DNA of 64,000 nt. It comes from Podarcis pityusensis. Lineage: Eukaryota. The position numbers and the translations under genes were made by a program. Location of the stretch: the NCBI GenBank assembly GCA_964106645.2, contig OZ067046.1; one strand, 5' to 3'. Of the stretch, positions 37,476-50,425 are shown one piece after another (within the stretch, counting starts at the first letter, position 1; every line of letters begins with the position of its first letter). The notes beneath the pieces are model-generated. The model had not been told where the DNA came from, made no database searches, and was given only the letters and a program-made list of their open reading frames with translations.

Positions 37476-38151
37476 CTAGTGTCAGGAAACAGAAACAGTT
37501 TAGCTTAACATTTTTTATTTATGCAATCCTATGCAGGGTAATAATTAATTAGTGTTTTAAGTCAATAACCCTGGAGTTCATAATGAACCACCTTACATTT
37601 TAGTTCTTTTTGCTATAAAAAAATGCATACACATACGTTTGGTCACAACACTGCGCCATAAATTATGGCTAAGATAGCCAGTCTGCGCACACAGTTCAAG
37701 TTATCTCACTTTGCTCCTCCTCTCCTCCAGCAAGAACACAAACCATGAAGCGTCTGGTTTAGCATTATTTTTCAACCAGTGCTTGTGGTTCTTTTCTCTC
37801 AAACATGCAATCTGAAGCCAAGCTTTGTTCTTAGCTTCCCAATCATAGTTTTTTGGAGAGAAACAAATAATGCCAAGCCAGATGTTTCATGGTCATTTTC
37901 CCCGACTGGAGGAAGGGAAGAGAAAAGTGGAAGAACTTAAGCTGCATTCACTAGCACACAACTTGTGGACAAATGTCTTACCCATAGTTTATGGCTACAT
38001 GAAAATGCAGCCAGTGGATCATCAAAATACTTTGCCGTTCACTAGGAATGACATTCTGGAACAGAAAGGCAAGATCATAGCAGCCTCAGAACATGGATCT
38101 ACGAAATCCCTTCACCCTGGTGCAACTCTCCCATTTTAATCCCCTACACAC

Positions 38152-38351
38152 CAGGCATGTTCAACAGGTCAATCGCGAAGGTGTTCTAGGTCGTCCGTTG
38201 GATGTTCTAGGTCGACCCCCACAAAAGCTCAAGAACTCTTGATCTCCCCACTCCCAAAAAAGCTCAAAACTGTGGGTCATCCTTTCCAAAAAAAGCTCAG
38301 TTTTTTTATACTGGGAGTAGATCGCAGCCTCTGGGGAGTTGGACATGCCTG
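38152..38351. mobile_element. hAT MITE
   Basis: TIR CAGGCATGTTCAAC / GTTGGACATGCCTG; CCCTACAC on both sides (left copy followed by an extra AC). Confidence 0.8.
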
Positions 38352-38652
38352 CCCTACACCAATGGAGGAACTGACTCTAAAGTCACCAAAAACAAAAAAC
38401 AAAACACATTACCACCATTTTCAACAAATGTTGAAGGAAAAGTGCATGCTGTAAGAATAAGGCTCCGCCTTTCACCATTACAGCCAACGAAGGCATAGTC
38501 ATTAACAAAACATATGCTAGAAAACAGGAAATTTTGTCTTTCACAGAGCTTACCCTACTTTCTCAACGATTTCCTTTGCTTTCAAGCCTCTTATTTTCTT
38601 TACATACCATTATTTTCTAAGTAAATAAAACAAATACTTGGCAAACAGAGTA

Positions 38653-39995
38653 CAGTGGTACCCCGCAAGACGAATGCCTCGCAAGACGGAAAACCCGCAA
38701 GACGAAAGGGTTTTCTGTTTTGGAGGCGCTTCGCAAGACGAATTTCCCTATGGGCTTGCTTCGCAAGACGAAAGCCCATAGGGAAATCTCCGGGGACCTC
38801 TTTTAAATGCTGGTGGTGGGGAGCAAAGCCTTTCCCCCCCTCCGGCCTTCAGAAGAGGTCCAGGAAGGCCGGCGGGGGCCGAAAGGCTTTGCTCCCCACC
38901 GCCAGCATTTTAAAAGCAGTCCGGGATAGCAGGGAAGAGCTTCCCGCTATCGCGGATGGCTTTTGAAGGCAGGCGGGGGGGGGGAGCAAAGACTTTCGCC
39001 CCTCGCCCGCCTTCAGAAGAGGTCCAGGACCTCTTCTGAAGGCGGGCGGGGGGCGAAAGTCTTTGCTCCCCCCTGCCTGCCTTCCCGGGAGAGCGGAGAA
39101 AGGCAGCGCCTTTCTCCGCTGTCCCGGACGGCTTTTGAAGACAGGCGGGGGTGGGCAAAGACTTTCGCCCCCCGCCCGCCTTCAGAAGAGGTCCAGGACC
39201 TCTTCTGAAGGCGGGTGGGGGGCGAAAGTCTTTGCTCCCCCCTGCCTGCCTTCCCGGGAGAGCTTTTGAAGGCAGACGGGGGGCAAAGACTTTCGCCCCC
39301 CGCCCGCCTTCAGAAGAGGTCCAGGACCTCTTCTGAAGGCGGGCGGGGGGCGAAAGTCTTTGTTCCCCCCTGCCTGCCTTCCCGAACGGCTTTTGAAGGC
39401 AGGCGGGGGGGGCAAAGACTTTCGCCCCCCCGCCCGCCTTCAGAAGAGGTCCAGGACCTCTTCTGAAGGCGGGCAGGGGGCGAAAGTCTTTGCTCCCCCC
39501 TGCCTACCTTCCCGGACGGCTTTTGAAGGCAGGCGGGGGGGCCAAAGACTTTCGCCCCCCGCCCGCCTTCAGAAGAGGTCCAGGACCTCTTCTGAAGGCG
39601 GGCGGGGGGCAAAAGTCTTTGTCCCCCCCTGCCTGCCTTCCCAGGGGCTTTTACATCGCCCCGGACAGCGGAGAAGTCCTCCGCTGTCCCGGGCGATTTT
39701 AAAATGCCGCCCGCCAGCATTTTAAGATCGCCCCGGACAGCGGAGAAGTCCTCCGCTGTCCCGGGGTTTTTTAAAATGCTGGGGGTGGGAAGAAAAGCCC
39801 TTGTCCCCCCCCCCAGACTTCAGAAGAGGTCCGGGGACAGACTGTCCCCGGACCTGGTCTGAAGGCGGTTTCCTTAGGAACGCATTAATTGATTTTCAAT
39901 GCATTCCTATGGGAAACCGTGCATCGCAAGACGAAAAACTCGCAAGAAGAAAAAACTTGCGGAACGAATTAATTTCGTCTTGCGAGGCACCACTG
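38653..39995. mobile_element. 1.34-kb Tc1/mariner non-autonomous element with internal GC-rich palindrome array
   Basis: TIR CAGTGGTACCCCGCAAGACGAA / TTCGTCTTGCGAGGCACCACTG, TA flanks, repeated subterminal CGCAAGACG motifs. Confidence 0.9.
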
Positions 39996-41326
39996 TAGAA
40001 AAAACAATGCAGCAGTCAATTTATGGTCACTTACAGTATTTGAAGAATGACTGATCTTGCAGCCATTCCCAACTGATTTGAATCTTGCTTTTTTTATATG
40101 TCTCAGTGCAGTAACCTTTTGTGAAAAAGGCACAAATAAGTAGACATAGCACATGTGGGCAGCATGTGCATGGCAAGGGCTGAAGTGCATGGCAAGAATG
40201 TATGATTGCTTGCTATGCTTAAAAGCCGGAGGCCAGGGCAATCAACACAACCGCTTGTTACGTTGTTTTTTTTTAACTAAATGACTGTTCTTGGGACTCT
40301 TCTGATTCTGGCTCAATTTACATTTCAATGGTTTTGCACCATGCAAAAGAATTCCCAAGACCATCCCCAAATCCCCACAAAGCATATTTATTGGGGGGGG
40401 GGTTGCCCCTACAACCACTCCTCAAACATGACTGTGAGGGTTGATCTGTCAGAGGGACTAGTTTGAAAGTTACCGATTCTTGAAAATATGTAGTTGTGAT
40501 TCAGGATCACAAGTATTCCACCATTCAGTTTCCACTCATCTGAGAAATTTTCACATTACAGCTGATGGCAAGATCTTGTGTCTAAAGACTGGAACGAACA
40601 ATGTACTTCTCTTAAATAGAAGCATTAGAATAAAAGAGCTGCCTTGCTAGAATACGCAAAAACATTAGGCAGGCAGATGCTCCTGGGAAACTCACAAGCA
40701 AAATATGGGGGTCATCTCAGTGGTTTGCCTCCAGCATTTCGTAATTAAGCACATGTTGCCTCTGAACAAGGTGACATGATTCTAACTTTATAGATAATAG
40801 CTGGTGGAATTGTCCTTTATAATTATCCACCTTTTAAAAAGCAAATAAAATGTGTCTAGTTCTTTTTTAAGGAACATAATCAGTTAATGCCGGTGTATAA
40901 ATAGCTGTTCACCTGGTCACCTGTAAGAAACAGAAACTGTCTCCAGGTTACCATGTAAAGATGGTTTACTAAAATTAACACTCCACCCCTCGCTGCTTTT
41001 AGATATCAACTGGCGCACATACATACAGGTATGTGGGCATACATATCTATTAAGATAATTAGTAGGCTACTAATGTCTATGGGCTTATTTCCATGATTCA
41101 GTCAGTGCTCATCATAGTGTCTGGTGGCAATGAACGCCCTAAGCCGATTACATGTTGTCTGATGGTTAAGCAAGAACATAAATACTGAACAAAGAGTGAG
41201 CAGATAAGATTCAAACGTTATACACAGCTCTTAGTAGTTCTGTCTGTCTCACAATCAATGACTAAAATGTTCATCTAAGTTATGTCTGTATCTGTGACTA
41301 TATAGAAAGCAGATAAATTTCAATAC

Positions 41327-41512
41327 CTGTGATAACCTTCTGTGCTTTTTGGAAACCCTCTGATTCTTTGGCTTAACAGAGAGTTTGTGCTTTGCTGCAC
41401 TGTTGTCCAGGCGGGCAATTGCCAGAGGAATTGCATCGAGGTTGACCGTTTCAATTGTGCCAGAAGGTGAGTGATGCCTTTTCGGCCGCGATGATGATTT
41501 GACCGGTGTAAC
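41327..41512 (-). CDS. CRACD: CRACD exon with DUF4592-type motif GTIETVNLDAIPLAIARLDNSAAKHKLSVKPKNQR
   Basis: tttaacag acceptor, cag|gtattg donor; 62 codons; hallmark KIAA1210/KIAA1211 family motif. Confidence 0.95.
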
Positions 41513-42268
41513 CTGTTAAATCGTCGCAAGCGGAAATGAACTTGATTTAAACAGTTGAACTGACAGATTTAAAAGGATTAGCAGATTCAAAACAAAACAA
41601 ACCCTGAATCAAACAGTGTCTCCATTAATGAACTCAGAGCAAAATCCAGAAATTTCCTTTTGTGGAAATACAGCTTCTTATGGGGGCACCCCATTTTTCC
41701 AGTCAAATGGAAGAACCGCCTCCTCTTCTATTATGTAGCAAAGACACTCAAGCACCATGCTATCCCTACGCAAACCACCAGCTCCTGATGTTTATAGACG
41801 CAGGGCATGAGATCTGGTCTGCCCCCAATGGGGCCACACATCATGGCTCACTGCCACACAACTTAGTCCAACCTCTCCCTTTGATCACTCAAGTACTCTG
41901 TTAGCAGCAGCTAATATGGACTGGGAATTAGCAGTGGGACAGAATCCACTTCCTCAGTACAGCCTCACAAGAGAAATGCTGACTGAACGTATCCCAGTCC
42001 CCTTGCCTGCAAGGGTTCACCATTTTGTGTCACTTCCTCAGTGGTCATACAAGAATCAAGGGAGCAGCTGGGAAGGTGAATTAGGGGCAAGACTAGGTTT
42101 GGTAAGTCCTTCAAATATCTGCAAGCCCAGGAGAGCTGCCCAACACGTCTCCTCCGTTTGCCAACACAGCAAATGTAAGGTATTTCAAGTTGTAGACAAG
42201 TTTCATAGTTCACACAAGGCTGTGTATAAATAATGCTTTTAAAAGTTGTAAGTCATCCTAGGAATTGG

Positions 42269-42532
42269 TGTTATGTACTGAAGTTCTCACCCTGGGCCAG
42301 CAGGGGGATACTGTAGATAGTTTTCACTCAGGTCCACATATGCAAATAAGGGATTGAAAGTGATGTTCAGTGATTGGCTAGTTACAGAAAATGGTTACTG
42401 TTGCGTTGTAGTGGAGCTCTATATAAGCAGGCTGGCTGAACCCTTCAGTTCAGTTCTGTTCTGGCCTGTGAATAAACAAGAGCTGTTTGAAGAATCGCTG
42501 TGTCGTCTGATATGTTCACCCACAACTTAACA
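42269..42532 (+). mobile_element. Solo LTR family B, copy 1
   Basis: TGTTA...TAACA ends, TATATAA and AATAAA; very similar to the 53313 copy; no clean TSD. Confidence 0.8.
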
Positions 42533-43555
42533 TTACCCATACTTCTGTTTATTGAGCCAGGACTATAGTAAGCCTTCATTCAGAGTTGTGGCTCAGTAAT
42601 ATATTCTAAGCTTTAGATGTATGAGACCCAGTTCGAACCTCTAGCACCTCTCCTTAAAAGAAGTCACCCACTCTACCGCTCCATAGGACCTTATCAAGCA
42701 ATGCTATACTCACATTATACCAAGATCAAATCCTGCTACACCACAGTTTGCGAGCCTCACTGAGATTTCCTACCAGCTTATACCTCATGACATTTTGCCG
42801 GTATGGTGAAGGTTCTGTCAAATCGTATAGCTCCTCAACCAGTGGATCTACAGTAGAAGATTGCACCCTTAAAAGACCCACTTGCAGAACACACAAGATC
42901 CTTTGGTCTGGATCAATATGCAGTAGTTTCTCATTTCCTTACAAACCTGTGGCTTCCCTTCTGATTCAGTAACAAGTTCCCTGGCACAGAGGTATGAAAT
43001 TTAAAAATTCAGGAAGGGACGCTCCTTGACTTATCACTAATTACTCTACCGAGACGAAGCAAATATTAAGTGGCAGCCCTACACAAAATTTAAGAGGCTT
43101 TTTAATCTAATATTTATTTGCCCTTGTTTAATAAGCTCGTTAGATGCCTTGTAGAAATCAGCCAAAATGTCATAAATGTTAATAGGCTCATAATCAGCAA
43201 TGGCAGCAGTAAGTACAGAAATATATAGAGTGTAGCACTTTCCATATTTTAGGTATTCTGGGCTTTGTAAAGCTCTGTTTCTTGACTACTGAATCATGTG
43301 ACATTATATTTATTTTGTCACCCATAGCCAAATATGTGTTTGGTTAGCTTCATACACCAGCTGCTGATGCTTGGATCTCACTTCCCTCTTAAGAGTTGCC
43401 AGAGTCAGACCCTGCCAAAACCTGAGCCTTTAAGTGTTGCATGGAAGGGAGAATTTCACTAGGTATAGATTTCCCCATCACAGTGATGTAGTGAGAGGAG
43501 AATCCACACCTGGCAGAATCATTTTACTCCTATGTCCTCTTCTTTAAGACACCCT

Positions 43556-43726
43556 GGTCACATCTGCACCATACATTTAAAGCATGTGGCTTTCCTCAAA
43601 GAATAATTGAAACTGTAGTTTGTTAAGGGTGCTGGGAATTGTAACTCTCTGAGGAGCGAACCACAGTTCCCAGGATTCTTTGGGGGCAGGGACCATGCAC
43701 TTTAAATGTATGGTGTGGATGTGACT
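43556..43726. mobile_element. Harbinger-like MITE
   Basis: About 26-bp imperfect TIR GTCACATCTGCACCATACATTTAAAG; 3-bp flank repeat CCT. Confidence 0.7.
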
Positions 43727-43883
43727 CCTGTCTCAGGATTCACTGTTCTTTATATCCTCTACATTCTGGGACTTCTTTCCAATCAGCAGATTCCCTTCCT
43801 GCCCATGCAGTTCCTCCTGCCCATACTATTCTGCTGCCTTTGGTAGAGTGTACATGCAGAGGATGTGCTCACATAGTCAGTGG

Positions 43884-44147
43884 CAGTGGCATAGCGTGGG
43901 TTGCCAGTGCTCGGGGCCACACAGGGCTGGCAGAAAATGGCATGCACATTCAACTGCCTAATGGCATCCGTGTCACCCAGGAGATCGCAGCCACAGAGAG
44001 TTGTTATGTTGTATGGAGAGATCACCTCCTGGTCCGTGTGGAGAAGCTGCTTTTAATGGAGCTCATCGACAGAAATGCACAGCTGTATGGGTACTGAAAT
44101 TTTGCACCCCTAACAGTTTTGTGCACAGGGCAACTGCTATGCCACTG
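43884..44147. mobile_element. hAT (Tip100-like) MITE
   Basis: Perfect 12-bp TIR CAGTGGCATAGC / GCTATGCCACTG; TSD degenerate. Confidence 0.7.
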
Positions 44148-44237
44148 GCTAGTAGTATGGCCAAAATATCTTGGGGAGCCCAGGAGCCTCTTCCATAGTA
44201 AGCACCTTCCTAAGGAAGCATAATGGCTTGAACACTA

Positions 44238-44464
44238 CAGTAGTACCTTGGTTTGCATACATCTTGGTTTGCATGCATTTTGTATTACAAACACGTCAAA
44301 CCCGGAAGTGCGTGTCCCGGTTTGCAACCTTTTTTTAGATTACAGCCCTTTTTTTATTATTACGAACATATTTTTTTTGGAGGCCCCATTGGCGAAAGCG
44401 CGGCTGTTTTGGTTTACAAACGGACCTCCAAAATGGATTATGGTTGTAAACCAAGGTACCACTG
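44238..44464. mobile_element. Tc1/mariner MITE, related TIR but different interior
   Basis: CAGTAGTACCTTGGTTTGCA / TGTAAACCAAGGTACCACTG, TA flanks. Confidence 0.85.
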
Positions 44465-44834
44465 TATAAGCAGACAAAGGGAAGCCAAGCAAGCGGGAGA
44501 GGGGGGCCATTGGCAAAGGAGGAGGTGCTGGACAAAGAGCCCACAGTGGGCCTGGAATCACCTGTAGGGTCCAGGAGCAGCAAAGCAACTGGCCCTTTTT
44601 GCAAGTGGCACTCAACGAAATGAGAAGGAAGCACACAAAAAACTGAGAATCAAGGGGCAGTTTAAGCTTTGCAAACACTTGATTTGCCACTGAGTGCAGT
44701 CAATTGGTGGCCTCATCCAATTCTGGCTCTGTGGTTACTGTATCAGTAGGATGCTTAATATTTTCAAACACCTGTTTGTTAGGTTCCAGCTACAAGTGGA
44801 AACAGGCAAATCCAGATTTGCCCTTAGTGTATAT

Positions 44835-45196
44835 AAAGTAAAGGTAAAGGTAAAGGGACCCCTGACCATTAGGTCCAGTCGTGGCCGACTCTGGGATTAC
44901 GGCACTCATCTTGCTTTATTGGCCGAGGGAGCCGGCATACAGCTTCCGGGTCATGTGACCAGCATGACTAAGCCGCTTCTGGCGAACCTGAGCAGCGCAT
45001 GGAAATGCTGTTTACCTTCCCACTGGAGCGGTACCTATTTATCTACTTGCACTCTGATGTGCTTTCAAACTGCTAGGTTGGCAGGAACAGGGACCGAGCA
45101 ACGGGAGCTCACCCCGTTGTGGGGATTCGAACTGCCGACCTTCTGATCGGCAAGTCCTAGGCTCTGTGGTTTAACCCACAGCGCCACCCGTGTCCC
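44835..45196 (-). mobile_element. Sauria SINE, inverted copy
   Basis: Reverse complement of 29717..30072 including (AAAGGT)n tail. Confidence 0.9.
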
Positions 45197-45750
45197 TCAA
45201 ATAACAAATGAGGCGTGCAAGTGGAACTGTCCCACAACCTGTTCCAGCCGCATTGGAGTCCAGCGGATGGGAAGGTGATGTTGGAAAAGAGATTGAGGGA
45301 AGGTTAAATTATAAGCAGGGGAAAGGCTGAGCACCATCTTCAAACTGAGCCCCCTACTGCCTGCTTACTATATGACTAGCACAGATTCGGCTTAAAGACA
45401 CAGATCTACCATCATCACATGATGTTTGAGTCCCATATTCACATTTTATGGCTCGGAGGTACATGCTTAGAAATTTCCAGTTGTGCTTTTAAAACTGTAA
45501 CGTAGGTAACGTAGAAATGTAAGAGTGTCTCCAGACTGTCGGTATTTTGCAGGGGTGATTCATGCATAAACTGGAATGCTGGGTTCGTGCAATTAAACCG
45601 GCTTAAAGGGCTCTATTGCCCTAGTGCAACAAATCCACTTTTAAAAAGAAGGGGACTGTTTGCAGTTTGGAAAAGGACAGGAAAAAGGATGTGCAAATGA
45701 CTAACAGGAAGACTTGTAAACACAATGCAAGCAAATCAGAACTAATGCTC

Positions 45751-45940
45751 AATAATAATAATAATTTATTATTTGTACCCCGCCCATCTGGCTGGGTTTC
45801 CCCAGCCACTCTGGGCGGCTTCCACAGAGACCAAAAATACACTAAAATGTCACACATTAAAAACTTCCCTAAACAGGGCTGACTTAAGATGTCTTCTGAA
45901 TGTCAGGTAGTTATTTATCGCTTTGACATCTGATGGGATG
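45751..45940 (-). mobile_element. L2-clade LINE 3' end
   Basis: Minus strand reads PSDVKAINNYLTFRRHLKSALFREVF, then GCCGCCCAGAG and (TAT)n tail. Confidence 0.75.
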
Positions 45941-46073
45941 TCCAGGTATAATATAACAGCCATGCAAGCAGACCAGGACAAATGCTCAATAACTAGGTCC
46001 TATGGTGGAACCTTAAATGTAATGGCTACAGAACTCCTTGAAACAAATGCAATGAACTATTCATGACCATTAC

Positions 46074-46142
46074 CTTTTCTTCCACTTCCTGCCTTGTTCC
46101 TCGCAAACTTGCTGGGCTTAATGAATCGGGTGTGCCACCTGA
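46074..46142 (-). CDS. CRACD: CRACD small exon SGGTPDSLSPASLRGTRQEVEEK
   Basis: ttttccag acceptor, aag|gtaatg donor; 23 codons. Confidence 0.85.
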
Positions 46143-46589
46143 CTGGAAAAATAAGATTATGTTTGCCAAATATCACAACTATGGACTACCATTACAGAAC
46201 TGGTCGAAATATCTTAACGATCCCCCTTCATCTCCTCAGACTCCTCTGTTCAGCAGAGGGACCCTCTGGTTAGCTTCACTGCTCTCAGAACTTTGGTCTG
46301 GGAGAGGACATTAGAAAAAAAATATTTCAAACAGTGTTGCATTCTGCCCTGGGAACATATGGTGCCATGGGAACTGAGGGCAGACCCACAATTTATACAG
46401 CACACATTGTTGCCTGCTTACAAGTGTCATGCCAGTGCGTTCAGTGGAAAACACATGTAAGATTTCATACTCATGCCTTTAAAAACCTGTGTACGCTTAT
46501 CTGATAGAGAAACAGTTCACACACATGTACAGGAGTGGATTAAGACTGCTATTCTCGATTCCTTTGAGGAAGGATGTGATAGAAATGAA

Positions 46590-46631
<42 letters not shown>
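46590..46631. repeat. (AAT)14 microsatellite
   Basis: Direct inspection. Confidence 0.95.
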
Positions 46632-46632
<1 letters not shown>

Positions 46633-48314
46633 GCAGCTGTGCTTGCCATATAAAATATGGAGCTGCCTTGGTGCATTCAACTCTAGTTTACATTGACCTT
46701 CAAAGCAATAAAGCCTCAGTGAATGTACTTATTTTTTTAGAGTTTCTTACAGACAGCAGCACAACAAAGATCCACCTACAAGAAAATTTATGTATGTACT
46801 TGACAATTTCAAAGTCTGTTCCACTGAGCTAAAGATGACGCACACTTTCAAGACCCCTTAAGAGAGACTTGTGCAATGTGCAACACCCAGTGTCAAGACA
46901 AGCCTTCGGAATATGCTCTACATATCCTTGAATAAAGGTCTCCATTTCCCGGCTGCCCTAAGAGACAGGGTTCTATCGCTTATAATTCATGTGTGTCCCT
47001 GAAAGCCTGCAAAGCAAACAATTTATCTCTTAAGTTCAAGGTTGTTGACTCTTGTGGTTTTATAAATAAGTCTCCACATTGCAGGCTTTTAACTCCCTGA
47101 ATGCTGAAATTGGTGGGGACTGCATTTTCTTTGTTTTTTCCATGAATTCCTTTAACAACTGCATTTCTTTCCTGCAAGAAAATGTGCTTGCCTCTGCCTG
47201 TTTACCTCAATTCCCAGTAAGCAGCTCTTTAAAAACAAAAACAAAAGCTCTTTAGGATTTGTTGTGCTTGAATTTATACTACATACAAACTAGCTCTAAG
47301 AAATTATGTGACTCAGCCAGGGATGCATTTAAAGGCAAATCTAGATCATTCGCACTTTTTGAAATAATTCACTAACTGAAAGACAGCTATCCTTCAAAAT
47401 TTGAACTTTTCTGAATTTTGCAAAGCAGTTCTTCAACCATGCAATGTGTACAAAAATACATATACTGCAGTAAAGTGTGCACAGAAATGCATTTTGTGTT
47501 ATTATATTATTATAATTATTATTACATGTGAATAACATACAAAAACACATTATATTAGGATAAATTGTGTTGCAAAAATGTGTCTATTAGGCAAAAATGC
47601 ATTAAAATGTGTATATTGGGAACAATTTGCACTAAAATGCTGGTGAATTTTCAGGATTAGGATTTTTTTTATTAAAAAATGTGCAAAGTGATGTGGAAAT
47701 GTAAAGAACTGAAAATTGGAAACACAAGAGAAACTGAAATTTACAGATTTCCCCACCCCTAGGATGAGCTCGCATTGTGGTCTGAGGAATATTGCTTGGA
47801 TACGTTCTGCTTCCTCTGGCACCCAGGAGTGGCATCCATTTTTTTCTGATACTTGGTAAGGAGACGAGCACAGAAGGACATTTGAGCCCTCCTCAAATTG
47901 ATTCTGACAGATCCTACACTAACTGCCAGAGAAAGGTGTCCTGTTCCCAGGGGCTGGCACTGTCAGGCTCCAAAATGACTGGGTCTGTGCTGGGTGAGAG
48001 AGAATCACACATGACTCCTAGTGCTGAGATATCGAGGAGTGCAATTTGCAAGGACCTAAGCACAAGATTTCAGCTTGTTCGCCTCACCCGAAATGCTGTG
48101 AATAGGTGAGAGGGGCCAGCTCTTGTGGGCTCTAGTGCAAGCAATGCCAACATTATCACCAGCGCTTAGCCGAAATATATAATAGAGCTGGAAGGTCATG
48201 GACAGGTCTTGACCTTGACATGCACACAGTATGGAATAACGCACAGACATGAAGCAAATAAAAAAGCCGATTCACAAAACTAATTATGGGTAATGAAATG
48301 TGAAAACATATGTA

Positions 48315-48915
48315 CTGTATTTTTCGCTATGTAAGACGCACTTTCCCCCCTCCAAAAATTAAGGGGAAATGTGTGTGCGTCTTATGGAGTGAATGCAGGC
48401 TCCATGGCTTCAGCGAAAGCAACGCAAAGCCTCCGAAGCTCAGCGGGAGTGCTCCCGCCGTGCTCCGGAGGCTTCACTTTGCTTTCACTGAAGCCTGGAG
48501 AGCGAGAGGGGTAGGTGCGCACTGACCCCTCTCGCTCTCCAGGCTTCAGGTTGCCTGGCTCTCCTGGCTTCAGGGAAAACCGCCTGAAATCTCTGGAGCA
48601 CAGCGGGAGCTCCCACTGCGCTCTGGAGGCTTTGCATTGCTTTTGCTGAAGCCTGGAGAACAAGAGGGATCAGTGCGCACTGATCCCTCTTGCTCTCCTG
48701 GCTTTGCTTCACTGGAGAGGTGCTGCACTGCTTTCCCTCTCTGCGCAGCGCCCCTTCAGTGAAGCAGGAGGAGAAATGGAAGGGGCTCCATTTCTCCTGC
48801 AGTTTTGCTGAAGGGGCGCTGCGCAGAGAGGGAGAGAATTTTTTTTTCTTGTTCTCCCCCTCTAAAACTAGGTGCGTCTTATGGTCGGATGTGTCCTATA
48901 GAGCGAAAAATACGG
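48315..48915 (+). mobile_element. Tc2-like MITE, copy 2
   Basis: Same TIRs, TA flanks and internal palindromes as 24186..24782. Confidence 0.88.
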
Positions 48916-49265
48916 TACATTTCTCTATATAGATACTGTCTTCCATTGTCTGTTGTGTTGTTGTTTTTTACATCAGGAAAGTGACTCTAGACTGGACCAA
49001 TATGTAAGGTTCTCAGATCAAGCTTCATGACTTGCATGAGCGTTGAACGTGTGAACATACAGCTGTACCTGGAGTGAAGGAAGTCATGTGTGCTGCATTC
49101 AACAGCCACCTTGCATCATGTTTGATGATTCTGCAGCTTCTTGAAATTAATCCCTCCAAACTCCATTCCCAACGCGCACCCAGTGTGAGAAAGTACAAAC
49201 TCACCACCGCCAGCAGCAGGCAACTTCTTTTGACATTTCCCCAAAGTAAGGTATCAAGGACTTAC

Positions 49266-49430
49266 TTTATTATTGCTCTCTGGAAGGACCATGTCCTGCT
49301 GTGCAGCCATCTCCATGGGGCTACTGAGTAACACATCTGCTTCCAAACTAGCGTTTGCTTCCCCAACTGTCTTCACTGAAACAGTCACTTGTGAAGGTTG
49401 GCCAAATTTAATATTCTTGGCCAACTGTTG
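49266..49430 (-). CDS. CRACD: CRACD exon QQLAKNIKFGQP...LLSSPMEMAAQQDMVLPESNNK
   Basis: ctccag acceptor, aaa|gtaagt donor; 55 codons. Confidence 0.92.
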
Positions 49431-49538
49431 CTGGAGGAAAAAACAACAACACCATGCATATTAGAAAGGAAAAACATTGCTTTCCAAACCCTCTCCTACA
49501 CAGTTCATTCCTCTCCAACAGTGATGGGGCCCATAATA

Positions 49539-49730
49539 CAGTGGTACCTCAGGTTACATACGCTTCAGGTTACAGACTCCGCTAACCCAGAAATAGTACC
49601 TTGGGTTAAGAACTTTGCCCGGCAGCAGTGGGAGGCCCCATTAGCTAAAGTGGTGCTTCAGGTTAAGAACAGTTTCAGGTTAAGAACAGACCTCCAGAAC
49701 GAATTAAGTACATAACCAGAGGTACCACTG
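49539..49730 (+). mobile_element. MITE family A, internally deleted copy
   Basis: CAGTGGTACCTC...GAGGTACCACTG with TA flanks. Confidence 0.9.
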
Positions 49731-49803
49731 TATTCAGCATTATCAGATGAAAGAGAAGGCAGTTAATTTTAGTAACTGTATTAGAACAACAGATCACAGG
49801 CTG

Positions 49804-50425
49804 CACTTAGCACATCTTGATTTGTGCCAATACTTCCATCTTTTATGCCGACCAGTTCCCAATGGCTGGAACCAGTTGTTTGTTTTTAACCATAGAGCAT
49901 CCTATTTCTCCACAGAAGTGGCTCCTGTTCTTCTGAGTCTAGGTTTCCACAAAATCCAAATGCCTCCAGTTTTCAGATTTAAAATCAGACAATCTTCATG
50001 AGGGTGCAGTACTGAAGAAACCCTACTCAGTGGACAAAGGAGTCATGGCGTCCTCTTTCTCCAGCTCCGAGAGAGGAAGCAGGAACAAGTAAGAGCAAAA
50101 GTACAGTGCAATTGTACATACAGTGGAAGAGATAAGACTGTCTTCCGTTCCTACACTCTTCCCAGACAGGCATGTGATTTACACCAATCCCATCTGCAGC
50201 ATCGGAGGTGTGAAATACTAACACTTAGCACATCTTGATTTGTGTCAATACTTCCATCTTTTATGTCGACCGATTCCCAATTTGGAACCATAGAGCATCC
50301 TATTTCTCCACAGAGGTGGACCCTGTTCTTCTGAGTCTAGGTTTCCACAAAATCCAAACGCCTCCAGGTTTCAGATTTAAAACTAGACAATCTTCACGAG
50401 GGTGCAGTACTGAAGAATGGCCCTA
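49804..50425. repeat. Local direct duplication of about 200-220 bp (49804-50025 and 50222-50425)
   Basis: Both copies start CACTTAGCACATCTTGATTTGTG and end GGGTGCAGTACTGAAGAA..CCCTA. Confidence 0.9.

Noticed and set aside
36423-39650. CRISPR-like array
   Set aside because: Eukaryotic locus; repeats are contiguous tandem units with no unique spacers
38655-39998. Cluster of overlapping ORFs on both strands
   Set aside because: Products of the GC-rich palindrome array; no transposase or other domain recognisable
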